A stretch of DNA of 64,000 bases from Candidatus Nomurabacteria bacterium (GCA_020632075.1 JACKGH010000001.1:936470-1000469), one strand, 5' to 3'; numbered from the stretch's first letter, positions 8,637-19,046 are shown. Program-made: numbers and translations. The notes: generated by a model from the letters alone, not told the origin.

Positions 8637-8975
8637 TCACGAAGCTGATTTGATCGATTGGTAGTTCATGTAGAGAAACGCCAGCGCGATAGCGGAGATG
8701 ACTCCAAGCAGTCCATGTTGGACATACAGCCAGATCATACAACCGAAGTAGAGCAAGGCGAGTAGAACGGTGAACGCTGCACTGATGTATTTGTCGGAGG
8801 CACTTTCTGCCTCTTTCCCTTTTACAAACAGTGTAGCTACACCGACTGCCAGCGCTACGTATTCCCATAAGCTCATGTTCAGGTAAATGAGCAGGGCAAT
8901 GAAGACAATCCCAACTGCTCCCTGGATCATCATCTCAGGGCGCAGTGATTCTTCACTTTTCTTTGACGTGACCAT
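8637..8975 (-). CDS. small membrane protein (4 TM)
   Basis: Hydrophobic throughout. The start is taken at the internal ATG (MVTSKK) preceded by a GGGGGTG RBS. Confidence 0.4.
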   Translation of the reverse strand: MVTSKKSEESLRPEMMIQGAVGIVFIALLIYLNMSLWEYVALAVGVATLFVKGKEAESASDKYISAAFTVLLALLYFGCMIWLYVQHGLLGVISAIALAFLYMNYQSIKSAS

Positions 8976-9145
8976 GTGCACCCCCGTGCGTTTTTCAAAA
9001 GGTAAAGATCTTGTTATTTTTATAATAACACGAAGTATACTATAAGTCAATTCAGACCCATAGATCTAGCCATACTCCGAGATAGTGTACTGCCACGTAC
9101 AAGAAAAAGGTGTAGTTAAGTACTCACCATTCTCCCTGACACTGT

Positions 9146-9514
9146 CTAAAAATTAGTATCTCCATACCAGTGGCACAGTGTCTTGGTGGCGACGACGAGC
9201 ACGAGCACGTACACGATCTCTGGATAGACCATACCCATCGTGAGGATCTGGTGCGCGATGATCGCGACCAGGCCTGAGACGCTCACAATGTATGATGCAC
9301 GGTGCGCAAATGCTCGCACCTGCACGTCGCGTTCATCGCGCACCTGCTCCTTAAACAGAAGTGCACCATACGCAATGGTCGCGAGCGCAAGTAGTCCGAG
9401 GATGAATTCGGTTCGCATGCCCGGCATCAGCCAGTCAAAGGGGTCAAGAAACGCTAGTGCCAAGAGTGCGACGATGATAGGGAGTAGTAAATGTAGTTTT
9501 GACATACTGATCAA
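9146..9514 (-). CDS. small multi-TM membrane protein co-transcribed with the XRE regulator (DUF2178-like arrangement)
   Basis: Its start abuts the stop of the XRE gene (tgacat junction), and it has 3-4 predicted TM helices. Confidence 0.5.
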   Translation of the reverse strand: MISMSKLHLLLPIIVALLALAFLDPFDWLMPGMRTEFILGLLALATIAYGALLFKEQVRDERDVQVRAFAHRASYIVSVSGLVAIIAHQILTMGMVYPEIVYVLVLVVATKTLCHWYGDTNF

Positions 9515-9721
9515 TTAGCGTTCATAAAATAATTCTTCAACCGACACTCCAAGTGCGTACGCAAGCTTTAGGGCCAGCCTGACCGATGGCTCGTAGTTGC
9601 CTTTTTCGATCGAGATTATAGTTTGCCTGGTTACGCCAACAACATCGGCCAGATCGACCTGCGTGAGATCATTCTTGGTGCGGAAAGAGTGTACGTTATT
9701 TTGTAACGGTGATTGTTTCAT
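9515..9721 (-). CDS. XRE-family helix-turn-helix transcriptional regulator
   Basis: LTQVDLADVVGVTRQTIISIEKG is a classic XRE HTH. The protein is 68 aa. Confidence 0.75.
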   Translation of the reverse strand: MKQSPLQNNVHSFRTKNDLTQVDLADVVGVTRQTIISIEKGNYEPSVRLALKLAYALGVSVEELFYER

Positions 9722-9940
9722 GCGATTGCCAGTGTAACTTAACGGTCTACTTTTTCATAGTAGCATATTGTTAAGTCAACTTTACATACGATACTTCGTA
9801 AATTTTTCTTTCATAACCATTGCCGTTTTAGTATAGATGGAGTATAGTGTGCGCGTCTGGCCAATTGGCCTATTTTTCTATTGCGGGAGGTAACTGCACT
9901 AGGAGGCAAATTATTACATTAGTTATTATCTATATATTGT

Positions 9941-12121
9941 ATGGCACGAGAATTTCCACTCGAAAAACTACGAAACTTTGGTATCGTAGCCCACGTAGAC
10001 GCGGGGAAGACTACTACGTCTGAGCGCGTACTTTTCTACACCGGTATGTCTCACAAGATCGGTGAGGTGCACGATGGTGCAACCGTGACTGACTGGATGG
10101 AGCAGGAGCGCGAGCGTGGTATCACCATCACCGCAGCTGCGATCTCTTGTAACTGGACCAAAACCATGGAGGCAGATCGAACCTCTAAAGAACTGAAGCA
10201 TACCTTTAACATCATCGATACACCAGGTCACATTGACTTTACCGCTGAGGTAAAGCGCTCAATGCGTGTGCTCGACGGTGCGGTGGTAGTGTTCGACGGT
10301 GCTGCCGGTGTAGAACCACAGACCGAAACTAACTGGGGTTATGCTGACGAGGCGAACGTACCACGTATCTGTTTCATCAATAAGATGGATAAGCTTGGTG
10401 CTGACTTTGATGCATCAGTGAAGTCAATTCACGAGCGTCTTTCACCAAAGGCAGTTCGTATCCAGCTTCCGATCGGTGCTGAAGACAATATGTCAGGTGT
10501 GGTAGATCTCATCACCATGAAGGCGTACCGCTTCGGTGGCACCATGGGTATGGATGTGACTGAAGAAGAGATTCCGGCAGATATGGTGGAAGCAGCTCAG
10601 AAGTGGCGTGCAGAACTCATTGAAAAAGTGGTTGAGCACGATGATGCACTCATGGAAGCATACTTCGGTGGGGAAGAGCCGGCAGTGGAAGACCTCAAGC
10701 GAGTGCTCCGCAAGGCGGTGATCGCGAACGAAATCTTCCCAATTATGACTGGTACAGCGCTCAAGAACATCGGCGTACAGCTCGTACTCGACGCGGTGGT
10801 AGACTACCTCCCATCACCGCTTGATCTGCCACCAGTACATGGTGTTGATCCAAAAGATGAGGAAACAGAACTCGAGCGAAAGCCATCTGATGATGAGCCC
10901 TTTGCGGCGCTTGCCTTTAAGCTCCAGGACGACAAGTTTGTGGGGCAGCTCGCGTTCTTCCGTGTGTACTCAGGTACTGTGAAGGCTGGTTCATATATTG
11001 TGAACTCATCAACTGGCAATAAGGAGCGCGTTGGTCGTATTGTACGACTCATGGCTGACAAGCGCACTGAAGTCGAAGAAGTATTTTCTGGAGAAATTGC
11101 AGCGATGGTGGGTCTTAAGGAAGTGAAGACATCACACACACTTTGTGATGTAGACAAGCCGATCATCCTTGAGCAGATCACCTTCCCAGCTCCAGTGGTA
11201 GCAGTGCGGGTAGAACCAAAGACCAAAAATGACCAGGAGAAGATGGGTGTGGCGCTCAAGCGACTTGCGGACGAAGATCCAACCTTCACCGTATCAACCG
11301 ACGAAGAAACTCTCGAAACGATCATCGCCGGTATGGGTGAACTCCACCTTGAGATCATCGTTGATCGTATGAAGCGTGAGTTCGGGGTTGAAGCCAACAT
11401 CGGTGCTCCGCAGGTAGCGTATCGTGAAACCATACAGCGTGAAGCTGAGGCGGAACACAAGTACATCAAGCAGTCTGGTGGTCGTGGTCAGTACGGTCAT
11501 GTGAAGATTCGCATCAAGCCACTTGAGCCACTTGCGATCGATCCAGAAACTGGTGAACCAGCAAAGGTGGCCAAGAACATCACTCGTGAAGAGCATTTCG
11601 AATTCATCAACAATATCAAGGGAGGTGTAGTTCCTCAGGAATACATTCCAGCGGTGATGAAGGGTGCGAAGGAAGCAATGGGTCGTGGTTTCGTTGCGGG
11701 CTACCGCATGGAAGACGTCTCAGTCGAGCTCTTCGATGGTTCATATCACGATGTAGACTCTTCAGAAATTGCCTTCAAGCTTGCTGGTATCAATGCGTTC
11801 AAGGATGCAGCAGCGAAGGCTGGTGCGGTGATCCTTGAACCGATCATGAAGGTAGAAGTGCGTACGCCAGAAGAATACATGGGAGACATCAACGGAAACA
11901 TTTCTTCAAAGCGTGGTCAGGTAGAAGGTACGGAAGAGATGGGAGGCAAGACTATCGTTCACGCGAAGGTACCACTCTCAGAACTCTTCGGATACACCAA
12001 CACCCTCCGCTCAATGACCCAGGGTCGCGCGAGCATGACTATGGAATTTGATCACTATGAGGTGGTACCACCAAACGTAGCTGAGGAGATCAAGAAAGCG
12101 CGTGGTGTAAAAAGTGAGTGA
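9941..12121 (+). CDS. fusA: translation elongation factor G
   Basis: [19 protein letters not shown] and [14 protein letters not shown]-domain motifs in a 726-aa protein. Confidence 0.97.
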   Translation: MAREFPLEKLRNFGIVAHVDAGKTTTSERVLFYTGMSHKIGEVHDGATVTDWMEQERERGITITAAAISCNWTKTMEADRTSKELKHTFNIIDTPGHIDFTAEVKRSMRVLDGAVVVFDGAAGVEPQTETNWGYADEANVPRICFINKMDKLGADFDASVKSIHERLSPKAVRIQLPIGAEDNMSGVVDLITMKAYRFGGTMGMDVTEEEIPADMVEAAQKWRAELIEKVVEHDDALMEAYFGGEEPAVEDLKRVLRKAVIANEIFPIMTGTALKNIGVQLVLDAVVDYLPSPLDLPPVHGVDPKDEETELERKPSDDEPFAALAFKLQDDKFVGQLAFFRVYSGTVKAGSYIVNSSTGNKERVGRIVRLMADKRTEVEEVFSGEIAAMVGLKEVKTSHTLCDVDKPIILEQITFPAPVVAVRVEPKTKNDQEKMGVALKRLADEDPTFTVSTDEETLETIIAGMGELHLEIIVDRMKREFGVEANIGAPQVAYRETIQREAEAEHKYIKQSGGRGQYGHVKIRIKPLEPLAIDPETGEPAKVAKNITREEHFEFINNIKGGVVPQEYIPAVMKGAKEAMGRGFVAGYRMEDVSVELFDGSYHDVDSSEIAFKLAGINAFKDAAAKAGAVILEPIMKVEVRTPEEYMGDINGNISSKRGQVEGTEEMGGKTIVHAKVPLSELFGYTNTLRSMTQGRASMTMEFDHYEVVPPNVAEEIKKARGVKSE

Positions 12122-12144
12122 GTGACACACAAAGCTTAGGTAAG

Positions 12145-12179
12145 AAAACCGGCCGGCCCCTTCGGGGCCGGCCGGTTTT
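12145..12179 (+). terminator. intrinsic terminator after fusA
   Basis: aaaaccggccggcccc-ttcg-gggccggccggtttt: a perfect GC-rich stem with a UUCG loop and a T-tract. Confidence 0.7.
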
Positions 12180-12181
12180 CC

Positions 12182-12443
12182 TTGCAAAATATCCCGTCTT
12201 TGGTACTATTCTCGCACCGCTCGTTAGTCTATGTATGTAGATTTACGAAAGGAAGGTAATATTTGGCTCTTTCCACACGTGCTCGCGTACAAGCGAGACG
12301 CGCCGTTCTCGCGCCGTCTCATTTGCACACGGGATCAAAACGTTGCGAAAGAGCCTGTTGCTACAAAAGTAGTGCAGGCTTTTTCTAACGTGGTGTGTGC
12401 GGTACAAATTAATTATTTATTTAAGATTAACTAATCTACTAAC
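12182..12443 (+). other. structured leader / candidate regulatory RNA upstream of tuf
   Basis: About 260 nt without an ORF. ggctctttc (12264) and gaaagagcc (12348) form a long-range inverted repeat enclosing nested gagacg/cgtctc repeats. No tRNA-like T-loop is present. Confidence 0.3.
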
Positions 12444-13634
12444 ATGGCAGATTTTGATCGTTCAAAGCCGCACATCAACGTAGGTACCATTGGTCACGTA
12501 GACCACGGTAAGACTACTTTGACTGCTGCTATTCTTACTACCCTTAAGGCTAATGAAGCTAATGGGTACGGAGCAAACGTAAAGGCTGTTGAGGATATCG
12601 ACAAGGCCCCAGAAGAAAAGGCTCGAGGTATTACTATCTCACTTTCTCACTCTGAGTACGAGACCCCAAAGCGTCACTACGCGCACATCGACGCGCCAGG
12701 TCACGCTGACTACATCAAGAACATGATTACTGGTGCTGCACAGATGGACGGTGCGGTACTCGTAGTAGCTGCTACAGATGGTGCGATGCCACAGACACGT
12801 GAGCACGTACTGCTTGCAAAGCAGGTTGGTGTACCAAAGATGATCGTATTCCTCAACAAGTGCGACATGGTCGACGATGAGGAAATGATCATGCTTGTGG
12901 AAGAGGAGCTCCGCGAAATGCTTACTTCAGGTGGGTATGATGGTGAAAATGCACCGATCATCCAGGGTTCTGCGCTTAAGGCACTCGAAGGTGATGCTGA
13001 CTACCAGGCGAAGATCATCGAACTCGTTGACGCGATGGATGAATACTTCCCAACACCAGAACGTGAACTCGACAAGCCATTCCTTATGCCAATTGAGGAC
13101 ATCTTCTCAATTGAAGGACGCGGTACAGTAGTAACTGGTCGTGTAGAACGAGGTAAGGTAAAGGTAGGTGAAGAAGTAGAGATCGTTGGTATCAAGGACA
13201 CTGCAACTACAACTGTTACTGGTGTTGAAATGTTCAACAAGCAGCTCGACGCTGCACAGGCTGGTGACAACGCTGGTATTCTTCTTCGCGGTACTAAGAA
13301 GGAAGATGTACACCGAGGTCAGGTACTCGCTGCAAAGGGTTCTGTAACCCCACACACTGAGTTCGAAGCTGAAGTATACGTCCTTTCAAAGGATGAAGGT
13401 GGACGTCACACTCCATTCTTCTCAGGTTATAAGCCACAGTTCTACGTACGTACAACTGACGTAACTGGCGACGTAACTCTCGCAGAAGGAACTGAGATGG
13501 TTATGCCAGGCGACACTGCAACCTTCAAGGTAAAGCTCGTACAGCCAGTTGCGCTCGAAGAGCAGCAGAACTTTGCTATCCGTGAGGGTGGTAAGACTGT
13601 TGGTGCTGGTGTGGTAACCAAGATCATCGCGTAA
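12444..13634 (+). CDS. tuf: translation elongation factor Tu
   Basis: [14 protein letters not shown] and [26 protein letters not shown] in a 396-aa protein. Confidence 0.97.
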   Translation: MADFDRSKPHINVGTIGHVDHGKTTLTAAILTTLKANEANGYGANVKAVEDIDKAPEEKARGITISLSHSEYETPKRHYAHIDAPGHADYIKNMITGAAQMDGAVLVVAATDGAMPQTREHVLLAKQVGVPKMIVFLNKCDMVDDEEMIMLVEEELREMLTSGGYDGENAPIIQGSALKALEGDADYQAKIIELVDAMDEYFPTPERELDKPFLMPIEDIFSIEGRGTVVTGRVERGKVKVGEEVEIVGIKDTATTTVTGVEMFNKQLDAAQAGDNAGILLRGTKKEDVHRGQVLAAKGSVTPHTEFEAEVYVLSKDEGGRHTPFFSGYKPQFYVRTTDVTGDVTLAEGTEMVMPGDTATFKVKLVQPVALEEQQNFAIREGGKTVGAGVVTKIIA

Positions 13635-13694
13635 GCGATACTTGCTAGCACTTCATCAATTCGTTGGTGAAGTAGAAACATGTAACTTATTACC

Positions 13695-14036
13695 ATGGCA
13701 GACACTACAGCTGAAAAAGCCGGTGCTATCAATAAACTCCGCATTCGAGTTCGTGCCTACGAGCACAAGATCCTCGATGCATCAGTGAAGCAGATCATTG
13801 ACACTGCACAGCGTTTCGACGCTACTGTAGTTGGTCCGATCCCGCTTCCTACGGAGATCAAGAAGTACACGGTGAACCGTTCAACGTTCGTGCACAAGGA
13901 CGCGCGAGAACAATTCGAGATGCGAACCCACAAGCGTGTGATCGACATCCTCAATCCGGGTCCGAAGGTAGTGGAAGCTCTCACGAACCTCTCACTCCCG
14001 AGCGGCGTGAACATTGATGTGAAGATGATGGCGTAA
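13695..14036 (+). CDS. rpsJ: 30S ribosomal protein S10
   Basis: KLRIRVRAYEHKILDASVKQI...RSTFVHKDAREQFEMRTHKRVIDI. Confidence 0.95.
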   Translation: MADTTAEKAGAINKLRIRVRAYEHKILDASVKQIIDTAQRFDATVVGPIPLPTEIKKYTVNRSTFVHKDAREQFEMRTHKRVIDILNPGPKVVEALTNLSLPSGVNIDVKMMA

Positions 14037-14070
14037 TAATAGTCACAGACTATCATTTAGAGCCTCACTA

Positions 14071-14093
14071 AAAAGCCCCTGCGGGGCTTTTTG
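14071..14093 (+). terminator. intrinsic terminator directly after rpsJ
   Basis: aaaagcccctgcggggcttttt: a hairpin plus a T-tract. It uncouples rpsJ from whatever follows. Confidence 0.6.
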
Positions 14094-14162
14094 GTTGGTG
14101 TACAGGTGTGGCTCGAGGTTTGTGTTAGTGTGGTATATTGTGTACAAGTCGCGACTATCTTT

Positions 14163-15779
14163 ATGCATATTGAAAACGCCATACAAGAATGGACGCAGCT
14201 CTTGGGTTCTGAGGCGGTGCTCACCGACGCACCAGCGATGAGCATGTATCGCTGCTCAACAGTTTCAGAGGAACGTGAGGTGCCAGCGGTGCTGGTGCCC
14301 AACACGTGCGAGGTTATTTCAGAGCTGGTTGTCATTGCCCGTCGACATGGAGTCTCGCTGTATCCAGTGAGCACGGGCAATAATTGGGGGTATTCCGATT
14401 CGCTTCCCGACACCGACTATACGGTGATCGTTGATCTAAGTAAGCTACAGAATATTTCCTTCGATGCTGATCTTGGAGTAGTTACTGTAGAGCCAGGGGT
14501 GACACAACAGCAATTGTCGGAATATCTAGAAGCACAGCAGGCTCCTTACCTCGTACCGGTGTCTGGTGCTGGGCCACATTGCAGCCTGATCGGCAATGCG
14601 TTGGAGCGTGGGTATGGCATCACGCCGTACGCCGATCACTGGGGAGCTCTGACGTATCTCAAAGCTGTCTTGCCAGATGGTACTCTGTACCAAAATGCGC
14701 TGGCCGATATGGGAGCGCACCAGGTCGCCAAGCTGCATAAGTGGGGTCTGGGTCCGTACCTCGACGGTATCTTTTCCCAAGGGGCGTTCGGGATAGTGAC
14801 CGAAGCGACCTTCTTATTGAAACGAAAGCCTGAAAAGACCATTGAGTTTTTGTTTAACGTGACCGATGATACCTTTGAGTCAGCCGTGGCTGCGGTACAG
14901 AATATGCTGGCTGAACTAGAAGGGGTGGTGAGCGGGGTTAATTTCATGAATGGTCGTCGGGTGCTTTCGATGATCGATGAACGGCTTGGGTCGACCCTCG
15001 GTCCTGTAGTGGTGCCTGATGAAGAGGTCGCAGCTATGCTGCGCTCTAAGCAGCTGACCGAGTGGTCTGGGGTCGGGGCGCTCTACGGGAGTGCTGAGAT
15101 GGTGCGCGCGGCCAAGAAGATTGTCAAGAAGCATTTGAAGCCGCACGCCAAACGGCTCGTGTTTGTCACTCCTGGTATGCTGCGGCTTGCGGCGGCTGGG
15201 CTCGCGGTGCTCCCGAATGTGCAGCTTGTGCGTGAATTTCGTAATCTCGTCGCTTCGACCCGATTAAGTATGCAGATGTTTCAAGGGCAGCCGAGTCAGG
15301 TGGCGATGCCGCTGGCGTACCTGAAGAATACGTATAAACCTACCCGGTTCGACCTACCGCTTGATCCAGCCGAGGATGGTAGTGGACTGGCTTGGTTTAC
15401 CCCGCTCTTGCCAATTAAGCCAGCGGCGGCTCGGGCGTACGTAGAAATTGTGGATCGGGTGTGCAAGAAACACGGCATTGAGCCACTTATCACACTCACT
15501 ACCATTTCTACCGTGCTGTTTGATAGTAGTGTGCCACTCTTGTACAGCAAAGACGATCCTGATGGACTGCAGCGGGTGCGTGATTGTTACGCAGAGCTGG
15601 CATCCGAATGCCTTAAAAATGGTTCGTACGTGTATCGGCTTGGAGTACATTCGATGCGTGCCGTCGCAGATTCAGATGATCACTTTTGGGATATTGTTGC
15701 CGCCATTCAGCAGGCACTCGATCCACAACAAACAATCTCACCGGGACGATATGCCCCGTTGCAACAATCTGATGTCTAA
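14163..15779 (+). CDS. FAD-binding oxidoreductase (PCMH/VAO-type FAD-linked oxidase)
   Basis: VISELVVIARRHGVSLYPVSTGNNWGYSDS is an FAD_binding_4-like motif. The start is taken at the ATG at 14163, downstream of the rpsJ terminator. Confidence 0.65.
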   Translation: MHIENAIQEWTQLLGSEAVLTDAPAMSMYRCSTVSEEREVPAVLVPNTCEVISELVVIARRHGVSLYPVSTGNNWGYSDSLPDTDYTVIVDLSKLQNISFDADLGVVTVEPGVTQQQLSEYLEAQQAPYLVPVSGAGPHCSLIGNALERGYGITPYADHWGALTYLKAVLPDGTLYQNALADMGAHQVAKLHKWGLGPYLDGIFSQGAFGIVTEATFLLKRKPEKTIEFLFNVTDDTFESAVAAVQNMLAELEGVVSGVNFMNGRRVLSMIDERLGSTLGPVVVPDEEVAAMLRSKQLTEWSGVGALYGSAEMVRAAKKIVKKHLKPHAKRLVFVTPGMLRLAAAGLAVLPNVQLVREFRNLVASTRLSMQMFQGQPSQVAMPLAYLKNTYKPTRFDLPLDPAEDGSGLAWFTPLLPIKPAAARAYVEIVDRVCKKHGIEPLITLTTISTVLFDSSVPLLYSKDDPDGLQRVRDCYAELASECLKNGSYVYRLGVHSMRAVADSDDHFWDIVAAIQQALDPQQTISPGRYAPLQQSDV

Positions 15780-16449
15780 GTCTTTTTCCAAGAAAAACCC
15801 ATACGTCGCCGCACTTATCCAGCTACTCGGTACGCTACTGATACTGTGGTTTGCTCCGAATGATGCGGTTGCGCTTGGTGTGCTGCTGGTGTTTTGGTTT
15901 GTGACCTTTCGGCCGATTACGAGGTTTGAAGGAGCGCTTTTTGCGGCTGCTTCGGTGGTTATGGCCGGCGCACAGATTCTGACGCCGGTGCCAACAATAT
16001 TCTATTTTACGCAAGAAACGCTTGGCAACATACCGCTGTATGAGACGGTGATGTGGGGGTTCTATGTACTATTTGTATTTCGGTTAGTGGGTACTCGGTT
16101 TACGTGGGCTGCTTGGTGGAAGTATGTCTTGGCTGTAGGGTCGCTACTTGGGGCATTCGTACTCTGCGCCGGCTCACAGCAGAGCATTTTACCTGCGCTA
16201 CTGGTCGCGGTGGCGCTCATTGTGGCTTTGTTTCACACAAAGTCAGACTGGCAGTACATCACTGTTTTCGTAGTACTGTGTGTCGCCATTGAGGTAGTGG
16301 GTACGGCGCGTGGTCTCTGGGTATACCCCGGTGTCGCAACCAGTGTGCATGTAGGTGGATTGCTGCCAGTATGGATGTTTCTGTACTGGGCGGGGGCTGG
16401 TCTCTTGCTTCTGCGTATACTGCCACCACTCCTGCATCGAGTACGGTGA
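15772..16449 (+). CDS. polytopic membrane protein (6-7 TM)
   Basis: The ATG at 15772 overlaps the oxidase stop by 8 nt, suggesting translational coupling. Hydrophobic throughout. The ORF-track start at 15448 is rejected because it would overlap the oxidase by more than 300 nt. Confidence 0.5.
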   Translation: MSKSFSKKNPYVAALIQLLGTLLILWFAPNDAVALGVLLVFWFVTFRPITRFEGALFAAASVVMAGAQILTPVPTIFYFTQETLGNIPLYETVMWGFYVLFVFRLVGTRFTWAAWWKYVLAVGSLLGAFVLCAGSQQSILPALLVAVALIVALFHTKSDWQYITVFVVLCVAIEVVGTARGLWVYPGVATSVHVGGLLPVWMFLYWAGAGLLLLRILPPLLHRVR

Positions 16450-16473
16450 TAGTAACGTGATGTCGTAACGAGC

Positions 16474-16980
16474 GTGGGTATAATAGATCACATGAAACAC
16501 GTAGAAAAAATATGGGCAGTGCTTCGACTGTTGTTCGGGTGGACTTTTTTGTGGGCGTTTACCGACAAGGTGTTTGGTCTCGGCTTCGCGACTGAGCCAG
16601 GGAAGGGCTGGATCGACGGCGGGTCACCGACGTATGGCTTTCTGCAGTTTGCGACCAAGGGCCCATTCGCTGAATTTTACCAATCACTGTCTGGCAGCGT
16701 CGTGGTGGAATGGTTGTTTATGCTCGGCTTGTTGTTTGTTGGTGTTACGTTACTGCTCGGTATTATGGTAAAGCTGGGTGCATTGGCTGGTATGGCCCTG
16801 TACCTATCATTCTATACGGCGGGATTTATACCCCCTGAACACAACCCGTTCATCGACGAACACATCATCAATGCCGTCATCATGCTTGGTCTCTTTGTCA
16901 CCGTGCCGAGTGAATTCTTGGGGCTTGGTAAATCGTGGAAGCGACAAGCTCTAGTACGACGTTACCGCTGTTTGGTGTAG
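16474..16980 (+). CDS. DoxX-family membrane protein
   Basis: LLFGWTFLWAFTDKVFGLGFA ... LGLLFVGVTLLLGIMVKLGALAGMALYLSFY resembles the DoxX/TQO small-subunit family. Confidence 0.55.
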   Translation: MGIIDHMKHVEKIWAVLRLLFGWTFLWAFTDKVFGLGFATEPGKGWIDGGSPTYGFLQFATKGPFAEFYQSLSGSVVVEWLFMLGLLFVGVTLLLGIMVKLGALAGMALYLSFYTAGFIPPEHNPFIDEHIINAVIMLGLFVTVPSEFLGLGKSWKRQALVRRYRCLV

Positions 16981-17054
16981 GCTGAAGTGGCGGATCGACT
17001 GTTATCCACAGGTGCCCCTTGCATGATTTGATGAAGGGTTCATAATGTAATTAA

Positions 17055-17117
17055 CAGGAGGCGAATCGCGCAAGCGATTCGCCTTTCTCGTCGTTATCGT
17101 CGACGCGATTCGCCTCC
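17055..17117 (+). promoter_or_regulatory. palindromic element/terminator: AGGAGGCGAATCGC-gcaa-GCGATTCGCCT followed by a second direct copy GCGATTCGCCTCCT
   Basis: Arm A (17055-17068) can pair with the near copy B (17073-17083; 11 bp, GCAA loop, followed by tttctcg) or the far copy C (17104-17117; 14 bp). The A:B hairpin probably terminates the DoxX gene. Confidence 0.4.
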
Positions 17118-17457
17118 TGTGCTTGCTCCACTCCCCCTCGGGAATACAGCAGGTATTAGTAAATTGTTCTTTTAGAAAGAAGTTGCCTAAGTTCTCACCG
17201 TAGAATCTAAACTCGGTGAGATAAAACAAAGTAAACACCAGAGAAACGTACAACGTAGACTCATGGTGAGAGTTTAGGTAACTTCTACAGTTCTTTTAAC
17301 TTTAAGCTAAGTATGAATGATTTAGCACCAAATAAGATGACCTTCCAGAGCGAAAATGCCTGGATGGTACAGTGTTTGAGTCTTGCCGCAGTCGGCGTAC
17401 TCGCATATCTACATATGGCACCGATCTTCGCTGCCTAGTCATCTTATCAACTAATCA

Positions 17458-17487
17458 AAGCCGGACCGAACAGGTTCGGCTTTTTTG
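17458..17487 (+). terminator. orphan plus-strand terminator-like hairpin plus T6 with no upstream plus-strand CDS
   Basis: agccggaccgaacaggttcggcttttttg. The nearest plus-strand gene ends at 16980, which suggests an unannotated small transcript in 17120-17460. Confidence 0.35.
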
Positions 17488-17510
17488 TACGACACGACAA
17501 TTGTCAGATC

Positions 17511-17540
17511 AAAAAAGCCCGAGTTGTACTCGGACTTTCG
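17511..17540 (-). terminator. intrinsic terminator for minus-strand gene 17551..18588
   Basis: The minus strand reads cgaaagtccgagtacaactcgggctttttt. Confidence 0.5.
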
Positions 17541-17550
17541 TGCATAATGT

Positions 17551-18588
17551 TTATCCTTGAGTAGGCGGCGGAAGAGTAGGGATGGTTGTGATGAGTTTCT
17601 GCACTAGGTCAGGTCGAGCTTCCAAGTACTTGTATCGGCCGAGTGAGAGACCTTCGTACTCGGTGATGTATGCGCGGATCATAGGACGAAGGTCACTGGC
17701 AAGGAATTCGTCAATTGCCTCTTCAGCTTGTTCAGTTTCACCGATCTTGAGCAGGTAGTCGATTCGAGCAATCTTGATAAAATCTCGCGTGGTACAGCGT
17801 GGTGAAATATACACTGATGCGTCACACATACTCTCGCCTTGATCGTAGAGACTAAGTACATTCTCAGGTACTACGACACTCACTGGGATGCTGACATTAT
17901 CGATGAGGGAGATCAAATTACCAGCATGCATGTAGAGGTCTGGGGTCAGGTTTGCGAGATGTGGATGCTTCATGTACTCCTCAACATCAGCATCAAGTTT
18001 CTCATAGGTGTCCATGTAGATAGCGTGACGGTTGAACTCATCGCCACGGAGAATCTCATGTAGTCGAAGGTCCATGTAGACAATACCCATTGGGTACAGG
18101 TCATAGATCTTTTGATTCATGAGATAGTTTTTTGCACCAGGTTCCAGTGTACTTGCTTCCGGTGGTAAGAATTCATCAAGTAGATCAAAACGATTGTACC
18201 CGTTTGCCTGCTGGGAGATCTTGAAGAGTGCGAGAGCTCTCTCTTGGTCGTTGAGATCTGAGTTGTTGTAGATATTCCGATATGCTGATACAAGTCCTTC
18301 GAGATCGTATGGGTCAACACGCTTTGCGAGGTCTACGATGCGCAGTAAATGATTAGCTTTATGCTCTGGGTCTGTTGTTTGAGCTGCGAGTTTCGCGACT
18401 TCTTCTGTCGGCAATGTCCAGTAGTTTGCGTTGCTTGGTAAGCCGTCACTGCCGATGATGTAGCCAACTTCAGCAACCTCCTGTTCTAGTGCGGTCTCAC
18501 GCTGTGTGTATTCGTAGACAAATAGAAAGAGTATGGCCAAAATAACTACCACGAGAAGCGCTAGGGTATATTTTATGATTTGATTCAT
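17551..18588 (-). CDS. N-terminally membrane-anchored exported protein, unknown function
   Basis: A 345-aa protein with an N-terminal TM helix (ALLVVVILAILFLFVY) and the remainder hydrophilic. Confidence 0.5.
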   Translation of the reverse strand: MNQIIKYTLALLVVVILAILFLFVYEYTQRETALEQEVAEVGYIIGSDGLPSNANYWTLPTEEVAKLAAQTTDPEHKANHLLRIVDLAKRVDPYDLEGLVSAYRNIYNNSDLNDQERALALFKISQQANGYNRFDLLDEFLPPEASTLEPGAKNYLMNQKIYDLYPMGIVYMDLRLHEILRGDEFNRHAIYMDTYEKLDADVEEYMKHPHLANLTPDLYMHAGNLISLIDNVSIPVSVVVPENVLSLYDQGESMCDASVYISPRCTTRDFIKIARIDYLLKIGETEQAEEAIDEFLASDLRPMIRAYITEYEGLSLGRYKYLEARPDLVQKLITTIPTLPPPTQG

Positions 18589-18614
18589 AGATCGATGTTT
18601 ATGTACTTGTAAAG

Positions 18615-18830
18615 TTAGATGCCTCCACCATCATCGTCACCATCACTGGTACCCCATAAGTCAACGAATGCGTCAGCAGACACGTCTCGTACTTCGGGTG
18701 AGAAATCAGTTGATAGTTCTGTTGAGAATTCCTTTTTTTTAAGGAATGGAATTAAAGCGATCAGTGCTCCAACAACTACAATAAAGCCATAGACTGCTAC
18801 TCGGATAACTTTTTTAAGGTTTACGTCCAT
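18615..18830 (-). CDS. small membrane protein with acidic C-terminus
   Basis: 71 aa; one TM helix (VAVYGFIVVVGALIALIPF); the C-terminus is DGDDDGGGI. Confidence 0.4.
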   Translation of the reverse strand: MDVNLKKVIRVAVYGFIVVVGALIALIPFLKKKEFSTELSTDFSPEVRDVSADAFVDLWGTSDGDDDGGGI

Positions 18831-19035
18831 AATGCTGATTAGTTTTTTTAAGGTCTCGCAATGTAGGGATAATTATATAGTAGGTCGCGAGAATCACAAT
18901 GACCGTAAGCCACACTGTCCACCAGAGAACAATAAGAATATCTACGTATGGTGCAAGCCAGGTCTGAGTAGGAAGGAGTGAAACCGGGTCGTTACCAGCG
19001 AGCATATCCGGGATATAGTATATTTTTTCGTCCAT
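18814..19035 (-). CDS. small membrane protein
   Basis: 73 aa; TM helix VDILIVLWWTVWLTVIVILATYYIII. It overlaps the downstream gene and lies in the same operon. Confidence 0.4.
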   Translation of the reverse strand: MDEKIYYIPDMLAGNDPVSLLPTQTWLAPYVDILIVLWWTVWLTVIVILATYYIIIPTLRDLKKTNQHYGRKP

Positions 19036-19046
19036 AATTAAGGTGT

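Noticed and set aside
10804-11596. Minus-strand ORFs inside fusA.
   Set aside because: They lie antisense within a highly conserved EF-G coding sequence, have no RBS, and have biased composition.
15448-15771. ORF-track start at 15448 for the membrane protein.
   Set aside because: It would overlap the FAD oxidase by 330 nt in another frame. The ATG at 15772 gives a 4-nt-style overlap typical of translational coupling and an N-terminus that leads directly into the first TM helix.
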